Positions 48,671 to 61,275 of a stretch of DNA of 64,000 nt are shown in pieces; within the stretch, counting starts at the first letter, position 1; the number at the start of each line of letters is the position of its first letter. The DNA is from Okamejei kenojei (lineage: Eukaryota): NCBI GenBank assembly GCA_035221665.1, contig CM069142.1, positions 10,292,001-10,356,000 on the forward strand, read 5' to 3'. The notes beneath the pieces were generated by a model. That model did not search any database, was not told the origin of the DNA, and worked only from the letters and a program-made list of their open reading frames with translations. The translations under genes and the position numbers were made by a program.

Positions 48671-48910
48671 TGAAGAAAGACACAAAATGCTGGAGTAACT
48701 CAGCAGGACAGGCAGCATCCCTGGAGAAAAAGAGTAGGTGACGATTCGGGTCAAGACCCTTCTTCAGACTAGTTTGATGAGTGTCTCTTTGGGCCAGTGT
48801 CAGAAACAATCCTGTTCTTTTGAGGCAATAGTTCTGGCAATTTTACCTCAAACTCCATATTTTCTGGAGGAATGGATGACATTTCAGGTCGAGACCCTTC
48901 TTCAGACTCT
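48671..48910 (-). mobile_element. Hammerhead-spacer-hammerhead unit (retrozyme-like)
   Basis: Cores at 48740-48767 and 48878-48905; TSD ATGTTTTTTC at 48661-48670 and 48911-48920. Confidence 0.8.
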
Positions 48911-48974
48911 ATGTTTTTTCCGCATTAAAGTAGTGTTTCGGTCACCCTAACCCTAGTTGTGAAAGTCAACTAAG

Positions 48975-49435
48975 TTTTATGAATAAGTTTAATTTATGAA
49001 TACGTTTATTGGCCAATTATGTACACATACAAGGAATTTGCCTTGGTGCTCTGCTCGCAAGTAACAACACGACATACAGTAAACCATTAAGAATAAAACA
49101 TTAACACATTAAGAATAAAATATTATAGCTTAAACATGTGAATGAAATAAAATACCAGAGCAAAAGGAAGCTACAGACGTTTGGCTGTTGAGTAGAGCTA
49201 CTGCTCTTGGAAAAAGCTGTTTTTATGTCTGGCTGTGACGGCTTTGACAGTCTGGAGTTGCCTTCCAGAGGGAAGTGCTTCAAAGAGTTTGTTGCCAGGG
49301 TGAGAGGGGTCAGAGATGATCTTACCCGCTCGCTTCCTGGCCCTTGCAATGTACAGCCTGTCAATGGGGGGGGGGGGGGGGAAGGTTGCAGCCAGCAACA
49401 TTCTCAGCTGATCGGACGATTCGCTGCAGCCTCCG
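48975..49435 (-). mobile_element. Rex1/Babar 3' end, second subfamily
   Basis: RARKRAGKIISDPSHPGNKLFEALPSGRQLQTVKAVTARHKNSFF. Confidence 0.85.
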
Positions 49436-49671
49436 GAAAACTTGAGTTGCGAGGTACGTGAAAGAACATTGGCGAATAGCCCCGTGTAACGCTGTGCAGA
49501 AACTAACCATGTTTTTTACCGCAGCTCAGACATGGAGAACAATGCTCAACACTCTTCCAGTTACTGCAGAGTGTTGATACCTAGTGCAGCAAGCAAATAA
49601 ATGAGTGGGAGAGTGCTGCTTAGGGGGCGGATGTAGTTGAAGAAATACTTAATTACAATCTCATTTTGATT

Positions 49672-50400
49672 GTAAAATATTTTTATTAGAAGTAAATAAA
49701 TATTAAGAAGAAATAATATAAAATCGAAAAAAAAGAAACATATTATTCGTCACATACATTCTTAATATTTTTAAAATTTACAGTGAGGAGATTATTTGTG
49801 GTCTATTGTATATAATTCTTCATCTATTCCTTCATTCAGGCTTCAGTCAGGGCCTCGAACTGGACCACCTTGCCCCTTTAAGTATTCAATAAATGGAGAC
49901 CATATTCCTCTGAATTGATCTAGCCTGTCCAATAGGACAAGTAATATTTCCAGGTGAAGTGTCTCCGACATTTCTGTAATCCACATTTTGATTGTGGGGG
50001 ATGTGACCTTTCCAAAATCTTAGTATTTTTTTAAAATTATTAAACTGTAACCAATAAAAATTAAGTAGCTGATCCGTTTCTAGATTAATTTTGAGTCTGG
50101 AGTTAAATTTGCATTAACTACATTCGAGATTATCTTAAAAATTTCTGTCCAAAAATTAGCAATTTTTGTACATTTTGTGAATGAATGCGTTAGATTAGCT
50201 TTCTAAACTGCTGACATTTATCACATATAGGACAAACATTTGAAAAAATTCTGTTTAATTTGGATTTTGTGGAAGTGTAATCTATGGTATCAAGGAGTGT
50301 CTAGCATTTAATGAGCATTCTAATTTTAATGTGAATCTTAACGTTTATCATCAATGAAACATTTTGTAGTTTTGAACTTTATGTACATTAATCCAATATT
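49672..50400 (-). mobile_element. L1-like LINE 3' remnant
   Basis: Minus strand reads SKLNRIFSNVCPICDKC...ANLTHSFTKCTKIANFW, a Cys/His-rich L1 ORF2 C-terminal motif; A-rich end. Confidence 0.65.
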
Positions 50401-50604
50401 TTAACACCTCAGACTGAGTGAACCTCTCTTTATGTTCATGTGGACATTTTCACTTCACTGATTAAAGAACCACATGCAAAATATACCAGCCTATCTGTTC
50501 TCTGGTAGAAATAAAGAAATAATATTGGCAGCTCTGCCTATTGGCCTCTGGCCTTGAGATTAAGGGGTGTTTTAGATTACATTGTATTGTAATTTTTTGT
50601 TCCC

Positions 50605-51260
50605 AGGATTTGAGGACCAGAGCTATCGTGAGTGGTTGGGCAAACAGGGACTCTATTCCTAAAAGTGCAGGGGGCTGAGGGGGTGATCTTATAGAGGTTT
50701 ATACGACCAAAGGGTGAAATAGGGTAAATACAGAGCCTTTTACCCAGAATTTTGGAATCAACAACCGGAGGACATAGTTTTTAGATGAGAGGGGAAAGAT
50801 TTAATAGTAACCTGAGGCGTAACATTTTCACACAAAGAGTTGTGAGTGTACAGAAAGAGCTTCCAGAGGGGGAAGCTGAGGCTGGTACGATAACAGCAAT
50901 CAAACAGCATTTGGACTGGCACATGGATAGGAAAGGTTTAGAGCGAGGAGGAGAAGGAGTACAAGGGTATCAACTCAAAACGTCATCCATTCCTTAATCT
51001 GAAGAGGGGTCTCGACCAGAAACGTCACCCATTCCTTAGTCTGAAGAAGGGTCTCGACTCGAAACATCACCCATTCCTTCTCTCCAGAGATGCTGCACTG
51101 TCCCACTGAGTTACTACAGCATTTTGTGTCTACCTAAGGTTTTGAGGGATGTGGGCCAAATGTGGGCAAGTGGGATTAGTGTGGATGGAGCATCTCAGTC
51201 AGCATGGGCAAAATGAGCCTAAGGACCTGTTTCCGTGCTGTAAGACTGTGACTCTATGTA
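50605..51260 (+). mobile_element. CR1/HER1 3' fragment with a tandem-hammerhead Penelope insert (~50940-51135)
   Basis: RGERFNSNLRRNIFTQRVVSV; insert flanked by AAGGTTT. Confidence 0.85.
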
Positions 51261-51829
51261 ATGCCACCCAGTAAGCATCAACCATTTGATGTTTGATCTT
51301 TAATATTGCAAAGTACATTTTGAAGCACTAAAGAAGGTTTACAAGATGACTCACAAGGATGTTAACAGGACTGAGAAGATAAACATCAGGAAAGGTTGAA
51401 CAAGCAGGGTCTCTGCTCAACGAAAGAGAAGCCTGGCTGGTGGCCAGCTGAGGGCATAAAAACAAATATTTAAAGAAGAATGTGTAGAAAAGACATGCAG
51501 ATGCTGGTTTACATCGAAGAACGACACAACATGCTGGAGTAACTCAGCGGGACAGGCAGCATCTCTGGAGAGAAGGAATGGGTGACGTTTCAGGTGGAGA
51601 CCCTTCTTCAGACTATTTAAAGAAAAGAGACTAAAAAATGTTAAGAGAGTATTAGTGGAAGATTTCAACTTCCCTTATGTTGCTGGATCACCCATAAGTT
51701 ATAGGAGCATAATTAGGCCATTCGGCCCATCAAGTCTGCTCTGTCATTCAATCATGGCTGATCTATCTCTCCCTCCGAACCTCATTTATCTGCCTTTTCC
51801 CCATATCCCCTGACACCCGTACTAATCAT

Positions 51830-53280
51830 AGTGTTTAAGATGAAATTTGGGAAATGGATCCAAGAAAGTTTCCGTAATATTCAGGTCCAGCTAAAGAGTC
51901 TACTAGAGACTATGAAGTCTGTGGAGACTCTGGTGAACTGATCTCTGTGCTACTAACTGTGGTTGTGCTTCCGCAAGATGAGGTTGCAGAGTAAGTGGAG
52001 ATGATCTGTTCCCATTGGAATACGGAATGGAGGTGGTTGCCAAAAGAACCTGACCTGAGATAAGGAAAAGCTTCTCCATGCAGTGGGTGGTGAGAGCATT
52101 GAATGTACTGTCAGGGTAACAGTGAAGGCAGATTCAAATGTAGTGTGCATATGGAAGATTCGTTGGGGCGGCTTACACACTAGTGGTATGAATATTGACT
52201 TCTCTAATTACAAGTAACCCTTGCTTTCCCTCTCTCTCCATTCCCTCCCCCATCCGAGTTCTCCGGCCAGTCTGACTGTCCGCCTGATTACATTTTCTCA
52301 TTGTATGCTTCGTTGCTACCTTCTCCTAACCAACAATGATCCATTCTACATTTTCCTTGACTTTGTCCCCTTTGATGTCTAATTTTCGCCCCTTATCCTT
52401 CCAAATCTCTGTGTCCTCACCCTTCCATATCTCTGTGTCTCCCTCTCCCCTGACTGTCAATCTGAAGAAGGGTCTCAACCCGGAGATGCTGCCTGTCAGT
52501 ATGAGTTACTAGCATTTTGTGTCTATCTCGGTGGAAACCAGCATCTGCAGTTTCTTCCTGCACATGAACAAGTATCCGTCAGGAGAGGGAGTGGGAAAAT
52601 GGGATTAACTGGATTGTTCTTGCAGAGAGCAATATAGATTCAATATGCTCAATATTCCAACCATCCTCTGTTATTTTCTTTGATGAGCTAACAATGAGAG
52701 TTGATAAGGGAAGTGCATTTGATGTGGTCTATGTGGATTTTAGTAAGGCCATTGATGTCCCAGATGGCAGGCCAGTGAAAAAAGGAGAAATCGATGGGAT
52801 CTAAGTGAGTGTTTACACTTTCACTTGTATCCAAACTTGGCTGAGCAGCAGGGTATGGTTAATGAGTGCTTTTGAGCCTGGTAGCCTGTTACAAGTGGAT
52901 TTCCACAGGACTCTGTACTAATTCCTTGCATTTTGTAATACATTGTAAGAACATTAAACTTAAATGTAGTGGACGTCAGCAGAGTGGCTTAGTGAGGAGA
53001 CAAAGTTTAGACTGCCGGATGATGTGGACAATATTATAATTTGGGCGGACGTATAGCAAATGAAATGTAATCCGGTGAAGCAAAGTCTTTGGGAGGTGCA
53101 ACTGTCCAAAAGGCTATACAGTAAATGGAAGATGTCAGGTGCTGTGGAGAATCAGGGATCTTGCAAAGAATTTTTAGGAAATCTTTAAATGTAGTAAAGA
53201 GGACAGTAAAATTATTGAATAAGTAAACAAGATGCTTTACGTTATTAGTCCATATATAGAATACAGGAACAAGAACTGCG
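51830..53280 (+). mobile_element. Very old CR1 remnants with Penelope inserts
   Basis: GATGTGGTCTATGTGGATTTTAGTAAGGCC (DVVYVDFSKA RT motif) near 52721; Penelope end at ~52160-52562. Confidence 0.6.
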
Positions 53281-53675
53281 GCCTTTCTTTCTCAAACAAC
53301 TGCCAGAGAAACCCAGGGGGTCGGGCAGCATCTCTGAAGAATATGGATAAATGATGTTTTGGATCAGGACCCTTCTTCAGACTGATTGCAGGGGTAGCGG
53401 GGTGGAAAAGAAAGCTGGAAGTGAGGCGGAGCAGGGCAGAGCCTGGCTGATAATAGCTGAAGGTAGACAAAAGTGCTGGAGAAACTCAGCGGGCGCGGCA
53501 GCATCTATGGAGCGAAGGAAAAAGGCAATGTATCGGGCAGAAACCCTTCTTCAGCTGAAGATAGCTGAACACAGTTGAGGAGGGGCTACACGCATTATTT
53601 TGATCAATCATTAATGGTGATTTATTATATTATTTATTTGTCTTTTCATTCACTGATTTTTGTCATTGTTTAATG

Positions 53676-53950
53676 TAGAGATACAGTGGGAAAACAAGTC
53701 CTTCGGCCCGCTGAGTCCAAGCTGACCGATGACCAATCCGACACACTAGGGCCAATTTACGGGAGGCAATTAACCAACAAACCTGCACGACTCTGGAGTG
53801 TGGGAATAAATTAGGAGCTCCCGTTGAAAACCCATGCGGCCACAGGGAGATCGTACAAACTACGTGCAGACAGCTCCCATAGTCAGGATCGAAGACCGGT
53901 CTTGGGCGCTGTAAGGCAGCAGCTCTACCACTGCTCCACTGTGCTGCCCT
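53676..53950 (-). mobile_element. HE1-type V-SINE
   Basis: Antisense SINE consensus. Confidence 0.8.
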
Positions 53951-54004
53951 ATTGTTCTAAACTTATGATATATTAATTATCATTAAGGGGTTGCAAAGTT
54001 GACA

Positions 54005-54320
54005 TGCATCTACCGAACCTCATCTACTGCGTCTAGAGTTTCCGATGTGACCTCCTACACATCAGCGGGAACAAGCGTAGACCCGGCGACCACCTGCACT
54101 CGGTCTGCCAAGGCCAACTGGAAGTCCAGATTGGCAAAGTGTGTTTAACTCCCCTTCCTATTCCCACACTGATCTTTCAGTCCGCGACCTCCTCCGTTGC
54201 CAGAACGAGGCCACACGCAAATTGGAGGGGCAGCACTTCAGATTCCATTTGGGAAGATCACAAATTGTCAGTGTGAACGTTGAATTCTCCAATTTTAGGT
54301 AACTAACCCACTCCCCACCC
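54005..54320 (+). mobile_element. Degenerate Penelope GIY-YIG remnant
   Basis: AACCTCATCTACTGC...CTCCTACACATC...AAATTGGAGGGGCAGCAC homologous to 1590-1890. Confidence 0.75.
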
Positions 54321-54344
54321 CTGACCTTCAAGTCTACTCTGCAA

Positions 54345-54640
54345 TTCAAAACATGGCTGATCTATCTCTCCCTCCTAACCCCATTCTCCTGCCTAAGCCC
54401 TGACACCCATATTAATCAAGAATCCACCTATATCTGCCTTAAAAATATAAATTGACAGCCTCCACAGCCTTCTGTGGCAATTCCAACGATTTACCGCCAT
54501 TTGACTAAAGAAATTCCTCCTCATCTTCCTAAAGGAACATCCTTTAATTCTGAGTCCATGATCTCTGGTCCTAGATTCTCCCACTAGTGGAAACGTCCTC
54601 TCCACATCCACTCTATCCAAGCCTTTCAATATTCTATCTG
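54345..54640 (-). mobile_element. CR1 3' fragment
   Basis: KGLDRVDVERTFPLVGESRTRDHGLRIKG. Confidence 0.85.
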
Positions 54641-54996
54641 TTTATCTCTTTCCCAAACAATTTTCAGCTTTGATCGAGCATACGATGGATTAAAGTGAAC
54701 AGTGAAGTGGGTTTTTGAGAAATCCTTGGTCAAAGGTTCTTGTTTTTGAAACTGCTTATTTTAGTTGTTTACCTGCGGCAGTGACTATGTGTTATAATTG
54801 CTTCAGCTGCAATTCCTCTCTGGCGCTAAAGATCAATGTTTCTGGCAGTCAGTGAGCTCATTCCTCACAATCACAAACACTTCCAGTGTAGAGTTATTCC
54901 GTTTTACATTCGCTGCCTGAGCAAACTGTCAAGGTATGTAAGAAGGAACTGCAGATGGTGGTTTACATTGAAGAGAGACACAACGTGCTGGAGTAA

Positions 54997-55324
54997 AAGC
55001 CCTGTCCCACTGTACAAGTCCATTCCAAGAGCTCTCCCGAGTTTGCCTTGATTCAAACTCGGAGATTTACGGTAATGGCCACTCGTCGGTACTCGGGGCT
55101 CTCGTGGACATTTTTCAACATGTTGAAAAATGTTCACGAATCTTCCCGTTCTTACCTGCCGTTAGCGAGTCTTCCCGAGTACCCGAGTACCTGCCGTTAG
55201 TGCTAAGAGAGGTCCCCGAGCTCCGACGTACCTGCTACGCTCATTCTCCGTGCTTACCACGAGTTTGATTTTTTATAAACTCGGGAGAGCTCTTGGAATG
55301 AACTCGTACCGTGGGACAGGGCCA
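54997..55324. mobile_element. PIF/Harbinger-type MITE inside a Penelope repeat
   Basis: TAA|AAGCCCTGTCCCAC ... GTGGGACAGGGCCA|TTA; host GGAG(TAA)CTC continues after the element. Confidence 0.8.
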
Positions 55325-56439
55325 TTACTCTGCGGGACAGGCAGCATTTCTGGAGAGAAGGAATGGGTGACGTTTCGTGTCAAGACCCTTCTTCAGACTG
55401 AGAGTCAGGGGAGAGGGAGACACAGAGATATGGAAGGGTATGATGTGAAAACAACAGGTCTAAGGGGATGATGGTCAAGGAAAATGTAGAATGGTTCATT
55501 GTTGGCTGAGGGGAAGGTGACAAACACTAAAATGTAATCAGGAGGATAGTGAAGCTAGTCGGAGAACTAGGATAGGGGAGGGACAGAGAGAGAGAGAGAG
55601 AGAGAGGGAAAGCAAGGGGTTACATGAAGTTAGGGAAATCAATATTCGTACCACTGGGTTGTAAGCTACCCAAGAGGTATTTCTGCAGTTTCTTCTCCCT
55701 CCATTCTCTTCCCTCATTTTTGTCAGACCCAACTGAACAGAAATGCATTTTTACCAACAGTGTTGTAAATGTGTGGAAATCCTTCATAATAAAAGTGAAA
55801 TTCCCATGTTCAAAATATAATTAAAAAAAACAGGATTTTCACCTTGAAACATCCAGATACAGACAAGGTGCTTAATCTGCACTCGGGGGAACGGCATAAG
55901 AGAAAGCATTGTTTTCCTTCCTAAGTAACTTTTTTTCTGATAAACCCTTTGGTGAAATGATCAAATGCCTTGCCTACTCTGTTGGACTGGGGAAATTTAA
56001 CTTGTGTCGGGCACGACATTGAAAGATGCCATTCACTAACAAAGGTTGCAGCAGGCCAACTATTCAGCACCCCTTGTAGTCACGTCTCCACTGTGTGCAC
56101 CAACCTGATGTACGGTTTGATCACATGTACCACTTTGATATTGATGCCTTGAAACAAAAACACAATTGCAAATCAATAACTAAAACATTCTATGCCCCAG
56201 AACCAATTTTCCGCAAAGACAATTTCACTTTAAAAAAAAACTAGAAAAACAGGAGAAAAAAAACAAATCGCAGCAACAACACTGTGTAAATAGTGATTGT
56301 GAATTTTGCAATACAACAGCACATTATTGTTTGTGGCCCTTGAACAGTGGTGTTGCACTTCATCATATTTCAAAATTGGCTCCATAGAATGAGTGCAGAT
56401 TTGCCATCTGGCTCTACAATTGTGTGCAGTATTAAGTTC

Positions 56440-56878
56440 ATAAGGTCTAAGAGCAGAATAAGGCCATTCGGCCCCATCAAGTCTTCATCCCATAATTCCT
56501 GACATCTGTGAAAAATTTCAGCTTGAAAATATCCAATAATTTGGCCTCCACAGCTGTCTGTGGCAATGAAATTCACCACCAGATTCACCACCCTCTGACT
56601 AAACACATTCCCTCTCGTCTCCTTTGTGAAGGTACGTCTTTTGTACTGTATGTACGGAGTTTGCACGTTTTTCCCGTGACCTGCATGGGGTTTCTCCGCC
56701 ATCTTCTGTTTCCTCCCACACTCCAAAGATGTACAGGTCTGTAGGTTAATGGGCTTGGTTTAAATGTAAGATTGCCCCTAGTTTGTGTAGGGTAGTGTTA
56801 ATGTGCAGGGTTCGCTGGTCGGTGCAGATTCGGTGGGCCGAAGGGCCTGTTTCCGTGCTGTATCCCTTTCACTAAACA
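56440..56878. mobile_element. CR1 3' fragment (-) joined to a partial HE1 SINE (+)
   Basis: FSQRVVNL on minus strand; SINE body from ~56645. Confidence 0.75.
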
Positions 56879-57171
56879 AAATTTAAATAAGCAAAATAAA
56901 AAGATTATGCTGGAAACACTGGGATTGTCTGGCAACATCGGTTGGACTAATGTGCTGTGATGAAATAGACTCCATCCCCCATTCCCTCCTTAACTTCAAC
57001 ATCTTCATAACTACTTTCCGCATTCAGTGAACCTTTTTAATAAATACATGATTATGTTCTATTACCCATTGGTGAACTCTTCCTGCATTTGGCTTGTCCG
57101 CTGTTCATGCTGCCAAACCACTGGGGCCATTAGTGTGTGGGGAATTCCTTGTGTGTCAACATAGCATGAAC

Positions 57172-57500
57172 CAGTTCAGTTCAGTTGAATTTAGTTTATT
57201 ATGTACTGAGGTGGAGTGAAAAGCTTTTGTTGCGGGCTATCCAGTCAGCGGAATGACAATACATGATTGCAATCGAGCCATTTACAGTGTACAGATACAT
57301 GATAAGGGAATAACGTTTAGTGCAAGGTAAAGCCAGCAAAGTCCGATCAATGATAGTCCGAGGGTCACCAATGAGGTAGATAGTAGTTCAGCACCTCTCT
57401 CTAGTTGTGGTTGGATGATTCAGTTGCCTGATAACAGCCGGGAAGAAACTGTCCCTGAATCTGGAGGTGTGCGTTTTCACAATTCTACACCCTTTGCCTG
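57172..57500 (-). mobile_element. Rex1/Babar 3' end
   Basis: Antisense of the 43440-43775 sequence. Confidence 0.85.
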
Positions 57501-58611
57501 GGATGACTGGAGATTAGACTGACCCAGTCCGAAGCAGAGTCTCTCCCTGAAACGTCACCCATTCCTTCTCTCCAGAGATGCTGCCTGTCCTGCTGAGTTA
57601 CTCCAGCATTGTGTGTCTATCTTCGGTGTAAACCAGCTTCTGCAGTTCCTTCCTACACAAGACTGGAGATTAACCTCAGTTCATGGAAACTGTGACTTAA
57701 TCCTGGAAGATGTAGATCTGCGCGACTCGCCATTGAGCAGGTAGGAAGTGGAGTGTAGTAGAGTTGTGAATGCCGCCTCTGATTTAATGTCTGACAGCTG
57801 CGGACTGGAGCCGTTGATAACCATGCACTTAATGGCTTCGAGCTCTGCAGCCTGTTCCAGAGTGGAAACGCCTCATTAGTCATGGTATCAACTTACTTCA
57901 ATCTCACTTATTATCACTCCTTTTATCTCTGTCCCTTGTTCAATAAGTCTTGTGACATTCCTGAGATGACCAATTTATTGCTAATTAATGTCAAGTGAAA
58001 ATTAAGTGGAGGTATGTGACCTTCTTTCACCCACAACCTTTGTAGCAGACGGACGACAAGCTGCCATGTCCTCTTACTCTGAATACCACCTCATTCGGTT
58101 CTTCTATTATTGCACTTCATTATTCCTCTACACTCATATCTTGCACTACAACTTTGCATCGTTCTGCTACTTTGCCCTCGTCATTGTACCTAATGTCGGA
58201 TGTACCGTTGTTGGATTTAAGCTGTTTACTCTGTGAGCTTCATGTGAACGGGGAATTTCATTACATCCTGACGTATATGACAATAAACTCATCTCAATTG
58301 GAATCTAAGTTGGAGCCGCAAAGTTCTGATAAAGAGACCTAGACTTGCCACGTTAACTGTTTTGTTGTGCTGATTCTATCTGGCCTTCAGAGCTCTTCCA
58401 GCATTCCCTGTTGTTGACAGTAACACAGGTTATCTAATGACCATTCCACATTCCAGCAGTCAGGCCAAGGATGGCCTGCCCCATTGGCTCGACAATGGGT
58501 TTGGGACGCTGTTGTGTGGTGCAAGGTGCCATATAAACGTAAGCCTTTCTTTCCATAATATCACAACTCAGATTTGCTGCAATTTGCATCCAGAGTCATT
58601 GGAAATAGTTA

Positions 58612-58825
58612 AGGGCCTGTCCCACTTGGGTGTCATTTTCACGTCATTTATGCGACATAATTTACGCGTCACGACACACGCATGGTGCGCATTAGGCACG
58701 CATGGTGCGTGGTGACGGAGGCGGTGACGCACGGTCGCGTGCAGCACCCCGGGATTTTGGAATGTACAAAATCTTCGCCCGCTGTCTGCGTAACGCGCAA
58801 ATGACGCCCAGGTGGGACAGACCCT
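58612..58825. mobile_element. PIF/Harbinger-type MITE
   Basis: TIRs AGGGCCTGTCCCACTTGGG / CCCAGGTGGGACAGACCCT; TTA TSD at 58609-58611 and 58826-58828. Confidence 0.85.
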
Positions 58826-59609
58826 TTAACAGTGGATTACAGACCAAACATTCTACAGTCCGATTACTTTTAAAGAAAGAAGCAGACCGAACATAGGATT
58901 AGCATAAATGGATGGTCAGATGGTCAGTGGGCTGAAGGGCTCTACTGTATTTCCACAACTATTCCTGAAAACCACCGTGTTCTAGTAAGAGGCCTGTTGC
59001 AGAGAATTATTCATCAGTAACGACAGAGATAGACAGTACAGTACTTTGCCTCAAAATATTGGTGCTGAACATGATGCCCAGTTAAACTGAGCTGATCTGC
59101 CTGTACGTGATCCATATCCCTCTATTCCTTGCACTTCCATGAGACTTTCTAAAAGCATCTTTAACATCACCAGCATATCTGCCTCCACCTCCAACCCTGG
59201 CAATGCAGTCCAGGCCCTGAACGCTCTCTGTGTAATCAGGGGCTGTTAAAGGCATTGTCTCACTGCGTGAGCAAAGGGTTACTTCAAACACTGGCAAACA
59301 AGCAGGACAACGGGACCCAGAGTTTCCATCCAGTCTGACTGTTGGCCAGAGAGGTCATTTCCAATTGATCATGACCTTGACAAACCCAACCATGTAGACA
59401 CAAAAATGCTGGAGTAACTCAGCGGGACAGGCAGCATTTCTGGAGAGAAGGAGTGGGTGATGTTTCGGGTCGAGACCCTTCTTCAGAGCAGTATTCAAGG
59501 ACAATGAGTGTTGGAAATACTCAGCAGGGCAGGCCACAATGTGGGAAGAGAGACAGAGAGTAATGTTTCGGGTTGGATTCTAGCCAGAAATCGGGAGGCC
59601 TTGAATATG

Positions 59610-59890
59610 GCTGGGGTGTGAGGTGGGGGTGTGTTAAGGGGGTGAAGGTTTGGACCGGTCTGAGTTGTGGTGAGGGGGTGGGGTGAGGAATGGGAGGTTG
59701 AGGAGGGGGCCTGTCTGAGCTGGGGATGGGGCAGGTGGTGAGCGACTGGTCCAAGCAGTGGGGAGTGGGGAGGTTCAGGAGATGGGGGTGTGCGTGGCTG
59801 TGAGTTGTCCCAGCTGGCTGTGGCATGGGGGTGAGGGGAGGGGGGGGGGGCGTAGCTGGGCTGAGCTTTGGTGAGGGAGGTGGGGCGGGT
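59610..59890 (+). repeat. G/T-rich low-complexity tract
   Basis: Many GGG-GGGGG runs separated by short T/A linkers. Confidence 0.7.
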
Positions 59891-59989
59891 CTGAGGCCAT
59901 GCTTTTGACCAGAAGACATGTGGCAAATGTCTGAGGGAATTGACAGTGTGAAAGCTATTGGGGTCACCCAACAAAATATCATGGAGTAA

Positions 59990-60597
59990 GTAGCAATGTT
60001 ACAAAATTTTGAGATTTTAAAGATCAAGTCTGCAATTTACCCCATCAGATAAAGCATAAAAAGAAGTTTAATTTGACACCTAATTCACTTTCACATCTTC
60101 AGTATTAAAAAAGTTATGGCCATTTTCATACTCGGAAATTAGCATCTTGTTCCCCATTGCTTTTCCATTGACTTAACACAAAAGCTGTGATCGAGGACAG
60201 TCAAAAGCCCATAACTTTCTTAAAAATTAAGAGAACTGAAATAAATTTTCAATTATTGTAGATTATAGCATTCTGAAACAAATATGAAACAATCTTACTT
60301 GGATGACCTGAAATTAAAGCATATTATTAGTTAGTTACCCAATTGTAGCTAATTACAAAATTCAATGACTAGATCTAAACATCTATCCATTTCATAAGAA
60401 AAGATTAACATTTCTAAATAGCCTAAGTGTCCAAATAACATTCACACAAGAATTCACGATATAACATGATTTTTAAATCTCATTGTCATGAATTTATAGG
60501 TCAAATGGAAGGAATTTAGTGTTTAATTCCCGTAAATTAATGGCCATTTTAATCATCTTGCGAGTGGGTTTTTGTGGAACGCGATCGATTGGAACAT
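59990..60597. mobile_element. Truncated second copy of the TIR element at 13709-14750
   Basis: Near-identical from GTAGCAATGTTACAAAATTTTGAG to GATTGGAAC. Confidence 0.85.
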
Positions 60598-61132
60598 TAT
60601 TTTCGGCAACATATTTCCTGCCTCTAGCGTGTCCAAACCCATAATAATCTTATGTTTCAATAAGATCCCCTCTCATCCCTCTAAATTCCAGTGTATACAA
60701 GACCAGCCGCTCCATTCTTTCAACATATGACATCTCCCTTTCAGTTCATTGGAAATACATGCATCCTGTGCCGTCTTTAAGTTCACTAAGTTCTCTGTTA
60801 CCTGCCCTCCCTTTACACGTGTGTAGGAGGCAACCATGCTAGTTTAAACCGAAAATAGACATAAAACCTGGAGTAACTCAGCGGGTCAGACAGCATCTCT
60901 GAAGAAGGGACTCAACCCCGAAACGTCACCTATTCCTTTTCTCCAGGGATGCTGTCTGACCCGCTGAGTTACTCCGGCTTTTTTGTGTCTATCTCCCTTT
61001 ACACCTATTGGGTATACTGGAAAATGTATTCCAACACTGCGTAATATTGTTTCCAGAAAAAAAAGAGTGAATTAAGAGTCTGTTGGGGAACGAAAAGGAA
61101 TCGCATCAAATTGTCAAATAAATCTTTTGATC

Positions 61133-61275
61133 CACTATCCTACATGCACTAGGGACAATGTAAATTGTCCCGAGTGTGTGTAGGATAGTGTTAAGGTACG
61201 GGGATCGCTGGTCGGTGCGGACTCGTGAGCTGAAGGGCCTGTTTCCGTGCTGTATCTCCTAAACTAAACTAAACT
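61133..61275 (+). mobile_element. 5'-truncated HE1 SINE with a short inverted 5' segment
   Basis: CACTATCCTACATGCACTAGGGACAAT is inverted against ATTGTCCCGAGTGTGTGTAGGATAGTG. Confidence 0.8.

Noticed and set aside
50590-50640. Splice acceptor TTTTTTGTTCCCAG
   Set aside because: The downstream sequence is a CR1/HER1 remnant.
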